From a virus (taxonomy: Duplodnaviria; Heunggongvirae; Uroviricota; Caudoviricetes): a DNA stretch of 41,089 bases. A program made the position numbers and the translations under genes. The notes under the pieces are model-generated. The model was not told the origin of the DNA, made no database searches, and saw nothing but the letters and a program-made list of their open reading frames with translations. Shown here piece after piece: positions 35,200-41,089 of this stretch (within the stretch, counting starts at the first letter, position 1; each line of letters begins with the position of its first letter). The stretch lies in the IMG/VR virus record IMGVR_UViG_2563366819_000008. The stretch is one strand, 5' to 3'.

Positions 35200-35201
35200 T
35201 A

Positions 35202-35501
35202 ATGAACGTTAATCAGCAGAAAAATCTTCAAAAAATCATGCTGGCATTCGACAAGGACTACCGCCTGTCAGAACAGCTATATGACCGACAAGTTGAACTG
35301 ATTGAGAGCATCCGACTTCATCAACTGTCCTCAACTTTCGACGTTGTAACAGGCAAAGGCGTTCGTCAGGAAGTGCTGGAGGCTGCTAAAGACAGCCCTG
35401 AGTTCGAAGAACTGATGGATGCCTACCGGCGCGAGGCAATGGCAATTATCGCCCGCTGGGATCTGGCGGATCAGCTTGATGGACAGAGGGACGCGGCATG
35501 A
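35202..35501 (+). CDS. Hypothetical protein (99 aa) ahead of the recombination genes
   Basis: RBS gggaggg; position analogous to Gam/Abc-type genes, but no similarity recognised. Confidence 0.4.
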   Translation: MNVNQQKNLQKIMLAFDKDYRLSEQLYDRQVELIESIRLHQLSSTFDVVTGKGVRQEVLEAAKDSPEFEELMDAYRREAMAIIARWDLADQLDGQRDAA

Positions 35502-36319
35502 ATCCGGGAATTTATTTCGATATCAGCAACGAAGACTACCACGCCGGTGACGGCGTGAGTAAGTCGCAACTGGACATGGTTGCCAAGAATCCGGCGCTTC
35601 TTAAATGGGTTCAGGCAGCACCAGAAGACGAAGAGAAAAAGTCTGCACTGGATATGGGAACCGCATTGCACTGTCTGCTTCTGGAGCCTGGAGAGTTCGA
35701 CAAACGCTTCATTGTTTCACCGAAATTCGATCGTCGGACGAAACAAGGTAAAGCTGACGAAGAGGCATTTCTTCGTGATGTGGCGGATATGGGGATTACG
35801 GTACTTGATGCCGAGCAGTGGCGGAAACTGGAGCTGATGCGTGATAGCGCAATGGCTCACCCGGCGGCACGCTGGATGTTGGAAGCACCTGGTTACTGCG
35901 AAGCGTCAATGTACTGGAACGATGAAGAAACGGGTGAGTTGTGCCGAATTCGTCCAGACAAATGGCTGAACGAGCACAACGTGATCATCGACGTGAAAAA
36001 GGTTGCAGATATGGACCGTTTTGCACGTCACATCGAGGAATTCCGCTACCACGTGCAGGACGCAATGTACCGCGAAGGCGCAATGAGGGTTACTGGTCAG
36101 CCGCATGGTTTTTTCTTTCTTGCCGTGAGCGAAAGCATTGATTGTGGTCGGTATCCGGTACGCGTGTTCGAGCTGGATGCGCCGGATGTCGATGCCGGGC
36201 ACGCTCTGTTCCGCCGGGATCTGAATACCTATCACGAATGCCGCATCAACGATGAGTGGGGCGGAGTGGAAATTATTAAACGCCCTGACTGGGCACGTAA
36301 ACAGGATATGTACGTATGA
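35498..36319 (+). CDS. Recombination exonuclease, PD-(D/E)XK (YqaJ-like)
   Basis: D...E.K type block around IIDVKK; translationally coupled to RecT. Confidence 0.6.
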   Translation: MNPGIYFDISNEDYHAGDGVSKSQLDMVAKNPALLKWVQAAPEDEEKKSALDMGTALHCLLLEPGEFDKRFIVSPKFDRRTKQGKADEEAFLRDVADMGITVLDAEQWRKLELMRDSAMAHPAARWMLEAPGYCEASMYWNDEETGELCRIRPDKWLNEHNVIIDVKKVADMDRFARHIEEFRYHVQDAMYREGAMRVTGQPHGFFFLAVSESIDCGRYPVRVFELDAPDVDAGHALFRRDLNTYHECRINDEWGGVEIIKRPDWARKQDMYV

Positions 36320-37197
36320 GCAATGATATCGCAATCACATCACAACCAGGCGCAACTGTAGGCACTGCTGCGGCAATCTTCAGCCCCGAGGGAATGAATC
36401 AACTGGTGCGTTTCGCTGAGTTGATGTCACAAAGCAAAGCGACTGTACCGAAACATCTTGAAGGCAAACCTGCCGATTGCCTGGCGGTGACCATGCAGGC
36501 GGCACAGTGGGGAATGAACCCTTTCGCCGTGGCGCAGAAAACGCATGTGGTAAACGGAACGTTAGGCTACGAAGCACAGTTGGTAAACGCGGTCGTATCC
36601 TCGTCAAGCCTGCTGGCGACACGCCTGAATTATCGCTGGAGCGGTGACTGGTCGAATGTTAACGGCAAAACAGATAAATCACCGAATCTGACGGTAACTG
36701 TGTCAGCAGTTCTTAAAGGAGAAGCAGAACCACGTGAGCTTACCATCAGTATGGCGCAAGCCGGAGTGCGTAACTCTCCATTGTGGGAACAGGATCCTCG
36801 CCAGCAGCTTGCCTATCTTTGCACGAAACGATGGGCTCGCCTGCACGCTCCTGATGTGCTTCTCGGTGTTTACACCCCTGACGAATTACAGGAAACGGCA
36901 CCGCGCGTTGAGCGAGACATTACTCCGCAAACGACTACTGCTGCGGGAATGAACAGTCTGATCAACGCTAAACCAGTGAAAAAGCATGATGAGCAAACGC
37001 GTAAAGCGGATAGCCGTGATCCAGAAGAAATGCTGATGGCCTTTACCAGCGCAGCGATGAATTACAGCACCGTCTCCGAACTGGATAAGGCTTACAAATA
37101 CATTGCACAAAAACTTTCAGATGATGACGAACTGCTGGCAAAAGCCACCGACGTTTACAGCGTTCGTCGGGAAGAATTAAACGAAACATCTATGTAA
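36316..37197 (+). CDS. recT: RecT-family single-strand annealing protein
   Basis: NPF and KRWAR blocks typical of the RecT/Red-beta family; ATGA overlap with the exonuclease. Confidence 0.7.
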   Translation: MSNDIAITSQPGATVGTAAAIFSPEGMNQLVRFAELMSQSKATVPKHLEGKPADCLAVTMQAAQWGMNPFAVAQKTHVVNGTLGYEAQLVNAVVSSSSLLATRLNYRWSGDWSNVNGKTDKSPNLTVTVSAVLKGEAEPRELTISMAQAGVRNSPLWEQDPRQQLAYLCTKRWARLHAPDVLLGVYTPDELQETAPRVERDITPQTTTAAGMNSLINAKPVKKHDEQTRKADSRDPEEMLMAFTSAAMNYSTVSELDKAYKYIAQKLSDDDELLAKATDVYSVRREELNETSM

Positions 37198-37246
37198 CCA
37201 CCACCGCGGCGCCACGCGCGCCGCACTGCAACCAAGAGAGGTATTT

Positions 37247-37495
37247 ATGAAAGGTGCATTAGGTAAGAAGGAACTCCTAGCGGTGGTGCCACTGTCATGG
37301 AGCACTATCGACCGTATGGAGCGCGCAGGGGAATTTCCTAAACGCTGGTATATCACCGATAAACGCTGCGCATGGAACCGTGATGAAGTTGAGCGTTGGC
37401 TTGATGAACGTCAGGCAGCAAGCCCGGCAGAGTTCCAGGGTAAAAAACCTCCTGTTCAGCAACGTGTATATCGTCCTGTGAGCAACGCTGCATGA
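37247..37495 (+). CDS. AlpA-like excisionase/regulator
   Basis: Small HTH with W...DRMERAGEFPKRW...W..DEVERWL pattern. Confidence 0.55.
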   Translation: MKGALGKKELLAVVPLSWSTIDRMERAGEFPKRWYITDKRCAWNRDEVERWLDERQAASPAEFQGKKPPVQQRVYRPVSNAA

Positions 37496-37652
37496 GTGCG
37501 CTGCTAAGGCACTGGAGCAAATGGTCAGGATGGTACTTATTCCTGGCCTCTGTTTCAGCATGGCTTTATCTGCTGGCATTAATTTTCAGAGAGGGTTGGA
37601 TTAAGTGAGAAAGTTAAGCCGACTTGAAAAATATCACATGAACAAGGTTTCA

Positions 37653-37904
37653 ATGCGCAGCCATTCAAAGGTTGTTGCCGTTACTCCTGCGGCGATAGAG
37701 ATCGAAAAACGCGCGATTGAAAGAGAGAAAAAAGGGCAGTTCCGCATTGCCGCCCACCTTTGGCTTCAGTGTATGGATGTTGCTTCTGGTGATGTTGAGC
37801 GTGCAAGGATCGCGGTTCGAAGGGACCAATGTATCACAAAAGGTAACGGCCTTCGCCGTGGCGACTATAGCGGTATAGGATGTTGCGGGGTGGTTTATGA
37901 ATAA
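37653..37904 (+). CDS. PerC-family-like small regulator (tentative)
   Basis: Block FRIAAHLWLQCMD...ERARIAVRRDQC resembles the PerC/Pch family as recalled; start chosen at ATG with aagg RBS. Confidence 0.4.
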   Translation: MRSHSKVVAVTPAAIEIEKRAIEREKKGQFRIAAHLWLQCMDVASGDVERARIAVRRDQCITKGNGLRRGDYSGIGCCGVVYE

Positions 37905-39000
37905 TCAAAACAATAATGTAAAAGGTAATATCATGAGCAAGGTAGGCGATTATTTCTTTGAATTTCCCGCATCACGAGGAGCGCAGGGAAGTACTGTAAT
38001 ACTTATGATGACAGTACCAGCAAGAGCACTATCGAGAGTATTGGCAACCGACAATACGGGAAGTACCCTTGAACGTTCTCAACGTGAAATTAATCCAACC
38101 AGGGTAAAAAAGTTTTATCAATATTTAGTCAACGCTTACGAGAAAAAGGAACCATTTATTGTTCCACCATTGGTCGGAAATTGTAACTCAGAAATAGAGT
38201 TCCATGAGATTGGAAATACTAATGTCGGTTTAGCTAGATTTCCTATGGATGCAGAAATAAAATTATTTGATGGACAGCATCGTGCTGCAGGATTAGCTGA
38301 GTTCTGCCGTAATTATGGTGAAACAATTATGATTCCTCTTATGCTTACGCATAACCTTCCTTTGAAGGCGCGTCAGCAGTTCTTTTCTGACATTAATAAT
38401 AATGTTTCAAAACCATCTGCAGCAATTAATATGGCGTATGACGGACGAAACGATGTTGCCCAAGAAATGGTGTCTTTCCTGTCGCAACATGACACTTTTG
38501 CAGAAGTCACTGACTTCGAGCACAACGTTGTTCCGTCAAAGTCAAACATGTGGGTGAGTTTCAAAGCATTAAGTGATTCAACATCAAAATTTTGTATTCA
38601 TAATGGGAAAAAACTAGAAATTGGTAACATCGAGTCAGTATGGGAATCATGGTTATGTCTTACACAACTAGAAGCAATTCGCCATGGTACAAAGCAATCA
38701 GAATACAAAAGAGAATATATCCAGTTTCATGCAGTGATGATTAACGCTTTTGGCTATGCTGTTCAGCAAATGATGGTTAATCACTCAATAAAAGAAATAA
38801 TTTCAATGATTGAAACATTATGTGCAAATACTGACTTCGCAGAAAGAGAGAATTTTTTCCTAATGGATAATTGGGTTGGGATCTGCACGAAAGCAAGCCA
38901 GGGAAAACTATCAGTTATTGCCAATGTAGCAGCACAGAAAGCGGCAGCAAACAGGCTGATACAAGCCTTTACCAAAGGAAGTCTGGGAGCAGAACAATGA
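37897..39000 (+). CDS. DGQHR-domain (DndB-like, ParB-fold) protein
   Basis: Explicit FDGQHRAAGL motif; overlaps upstream stop and downstream start. Confidence 0.65.
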   Translation: MNNQNNNVKGNIMSKVGDYFFEFPASRGAQGSTVILMMTVPARALSRVLATDNTGSTLERSQREINPTRVKKFYQYLVNAYEKKEPFIVPPLVGNCNSEIEFHEIGNTNVGLARFPMDAEIKLFDGQHRAAGLAEFCRNYGETIMIPLMLTHNLPLKARQQFFSDINNNVSKPSAAINMAYDGRNDVAQEMVSFLSQHDTFAEVTDFEHNVVPSKSNMWVSFKALSDSTSKFCIHNGKKLEIGNIESVWESWLCLTQLEAIRHGTKQSEYKREYIQFHAVMINAFGYAVQQMMVNHSIKEIISMIETLCANTDFAERENFFLMDNWVGICTKASQGKLSVIANVAAQKAAANRLIQAFTKGSLGAEQ

Positions 39001-39644
39001 AAAAATACACGCTAATCTATGCAGATCCACCCTGGGTATACCGGGACAAAGCCGCAGATGGTAATCGCGGTGCCGGTTTTAAATATCCGGTTATGAGTGT
39101 GCTGGATATCTGCCGCCTTCCTGTGTGGGATTTGGCCGATGAAAACTGTCTGTTGGCCATGTGGTGGGTGCCAACACAACCACTCGAAGCACTAAAAGTT
39201 GTTGAAGCCTGGGGATTCCGTCTGATGACGATGAAGGGCTTCACGTGGATAAAATGTGGTAGTCGACAACAAGATAAACTGGTTATGGGTATGGGACACA
39301 TGACTCGCGCCAATAGTGAAGATTGCCTGTTTGCGGTAAAGGGAAAACTACCTACGCGCATTAATGCAGGGATCGTTCAGTCATTTACCGCACCGCGGCT
39401 TGAGCATTCAAGAAAGCCAGATATCGTTCGTGAAAAACTTGTGCAATTATTAGGCGATGTTTCTCGCATTGAACTGTTCGCCCGCCAGACGTCTCATGGC
39501 TTCGATGTTTGGGGTAATCAGTGCGAAGACCCGGCAGTGCAACTACACCCTGGATACGCGTTGGATATTGGCGGATTAACAAATGCATTCAGCAATGCTC
39601 CGCTGTCACCAACAGACAACCAGGGGCGGGAGCGTGCTGCATGA
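38997..39644 (+). CDS. MT-A70-family N6-adenine DNA methyltransferase
   Basis: IYADPPW motif and conserved C-terminal FAR...GWD.WGN-type block; ATGA overlap with DGQHR gene. Confidence 0.8.
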   Translation: MKKYTLIYADPPWVYRDKAADGNRGAGFKYPVMSVLDICRLPVWDLADENCLLAMWWVPTQPLEALKVVEAWGFRLMTMKGFTWIKCGSRQQDKLVMGMGHMTRANSEDCLFAVKGKLPTRINAGIVQSFTAPRLEHSRKPDIVREKLVQLLGDVSRIELFARQTSHGFDVWGNQCEDPAVQLHPGYALDIGGLTNAFSNAPLSPTDNQGRERAA

Positions 39645-39835
39645 ACAGGGCATCACCAGCAGATTTAAGAAAATGCCTTGAAACTGCAAACATGCTTGCA
39701 CACAGCGGGATCAGGTTTGTTCCAATTCCCGCTGTCACTGATGCTGAATTTGCAACACTGTCAGCAATATTCGAAAACAAAATTGAATCACTGGCAGCAG
39801 AAGCAGAGATGGAAGAAAATCAGCAGAACTATTAA
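39641..39835 (+). CDS. Small protein (64 aa) coupled to the methyltransferase
   Basis: ATG overlaps the MTase TGA (ATGA). Confidence 0.4.
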   Translation: MNRASPADLRKCLETANMLAHSGIRFVPIPAVTDAEFATLSAIFENKIESLAAEAEMEENQQNY

Positions 39836-39838
39836 ACG

Positions 39839-41089
39839 TTATTCCCCCGCCATCCACTTCTCAAACTTCGACGGGGAGAACGGAATCAGATCCGTATGCT
39901 CCCCGTCAATCCATGAATCAATCATATCGGCCCACTGCTGCAACATGTAGGCGCGCTGTCTGGCGTATTCCGCTTTGTTATATACGGCGCGCACACCTTT
40001 CTGCTCATGTGCCAGAGCCTTTTCAATCCAGTCTGAAGGATAACCAGCCTCATGCAACAACGTACTGGCTGTACGGCGCATATCATGTACAGTGAAGTCC
40101 TGAATATGCTCACCATCTTCATTTATTATTTTCACCGTTCTGTCGATCAGAGAGTTCAGCGCGGCATTAGATAATGGCTTCCGGAAATTGTAACGACCAG
40201 GAACCAGATATTCACTTCCACCAGCGCACATCTGCAACCCGACCAATATATCCTGTGCCTGTTTAGGCAGGTAAATAACGTGCGCCCGGCTTCCCTTCAT
40301 GCGGTCTGGAGGAATTGTCCATGTCCATTTTTTAAAATCTATTTCATCCCACGTTGCATTGGTGAATTCGCCCTTACGAACCATAGTGATAAGCACCAGT
40401 TTTAAAGCCATTTTCATAGTGCCCATAGCACCAATGGCATCCAGCGTGCGGAAGAACAGGCCAATTTCTTCTGGTGTCAGTGTTCGCTCTCGTGGTTTAA
40501 ATATGGCGATAGACGAAGGTTTAATGTCAGCCGCAGGATTAAACAAACCATGACCACGGTCATTGGCGTGACGGTATACGCTACTGATGATCTCCCTGGC
40601 CTGCACTGCTGTTGCCCGGCCACCGCGTTCGACAATCCGGTCACACAAATCACGAACCATCGATGTGGTAATTTCAGCCATCATTTTATTGCCAAGAACC
40701 GGAAGTATGTCACGGTCGATCACCGCCTGTTTCATTGCGCGGGTACTGTCAGCCAGGATGACGTGTTTCATATAACTGTCGGTATGTACCGCAAACGTCT
40801 CGGCACCACGAATCTTTTTGATACCGTCACGTTTAGCCGCAGCCGGTGACTGGCCTGCTTTAAGCAGCTTCTTTGCAGCAATCAGTTCTTCTCGCGCTTC
40901 TGCCAGGCTGATACCGTCACGCCCATACTGCCCGATTACCAGTGTTTCGCGGCGACCGTTGATACGGTAGTCATAGCGAAACGAGACCGTGCCTGACGTA
41001 AGCACAGCTACATACAGCCCGTCACGATCGGAGACCTTGTACAGTTTGTCCTGCGGCTTGAGGTTTTTTAATTTTGTATCGGTAAGCAC
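39839..41089 (-). CDS. Tyrosine integrase (P4-type); 5' end at window edge
   Basis: N-terminus LTDTKLKNLKP...DKLYKVSDRDGLYV; C-terminal catalytic region with conserved R/H/Y context; first codon in window is GTG. Confidence 0.85.
   Translation of the reverse strand: MLTDTKLKNLKPQDKLYKVSDRDGLYVAVLTSGTVSFRYDYRINGRRETLVIGQYGRDGISLAEAREELIAAKKLLKAGQSPAAAKRDGIKKIRGAETFAVHTDSYMKHVILADSTRAMKQAVIDRDILPVLGNKMMAEITTSMVRDLCDRIVERGGRATAVQAREIISSVYRHANDRGHGLFNPAADIKPSSIAIFKPRERTLTPEEIGLFFRTLDAIGAMGTMKMALKLVLITMVRKGEFTNATWDEIDFKKWTWTIPPDRMKGSRAHVIYLPKQAQDILVGLQMCAGGSEYLVPGRYNFRKPLSNAALNSLIDRTVKIINEDGEHIQDFTVHDMRRTASTLLHEAGYPSDWIEKALAHEQKGVRAVYNKAEYARQRAYMLQQWADMIDSWIDGEHTDLIPFSPSKFEKWMAGE

Larger units (their letters stand above)
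1164..41089. mobile_element. Integrated prophage (~40 kb): lambdoid early region plus podovirus-type virion module; right end beyond window
   Basis: Contiguous integrase, excisionase, repressor/cro, O/P replication, terminase, portal, capsid, tail, tailspike and lysis genes; left junction inferred at guaA core. Confidence 0.85.

Noticed and set aside
1-41089. Insertion sequences or transposases
   Set aside because: No transposase-like ORF or terminal inverted repeats recognised; all mobility functions are phage integrase/excisionase.

Overview
The window holds about 1.1 kb of enterobacterial chromosome followed by an almost complete ~40-kb integrated prophage that runs to the window's right edge. 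The host flank is two plus-strand genes (glycine-zipper lipoprotein and 179-aa secreted coiled-coil protein, tentatively yfgH-yfgI) and a bidirectional terminator. The minus strand then shows the last codons of a GMP-synthase gene (IEWE-stop) at 1164-1178, which is the likely left att core (integration into the guaA 3' end). Reading the prophage on the minus strand from right to left: a lambdoid early-right operon (Cro-like, O-like initiator with internal iterons, lambda-P-like helicase loader, nuclease, Ea22-like, DUF551, ASCH-like, zinc-finger protein), then a podovirus-type late operon (TerS, TerL, T7-like portal, scaffold, capsid, tail tubular A/B-like, four internal virion proteins, ~1040-aa tailspike), then the lysis cassette (holin, GH19 endolysin, Rz with embedded Rz1). 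On the plus strand lie a two-HTH repressor without autopeptidase domain, an early-left operon (PD-(D/E)XK exonuclease, RecT, AlpA-like excisionase, PerC-like protein, DGQHR/DndB-like protein, MT-A70 methyltransferase, small protein), and a convergent P4-type integrase at the window edge. Two accessory islands interrupt the late operon: a tRNA-Arg(UCU) plus a 140-aa unknown ORF between terL and portal, and an immI-like island between the internal virion genes and the tailspike. The most notable signals are a 17-bp palindrome (TTACC-N5-GGTAA) at 10 or more intergenic sites, a near-consensus LexA box in front of a small antirepressor paralogue, a 12-bp palindrome (GTGACATGTCAC) found three times at gene stop/terminator junctions, and the translationally coupled DGQHR-MT-A70 operon next to int. 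All calls rest on reading the sequence and recalled family motifs; no searches were run, and hand-derived motif coordinates may be off by 1-2 bp.
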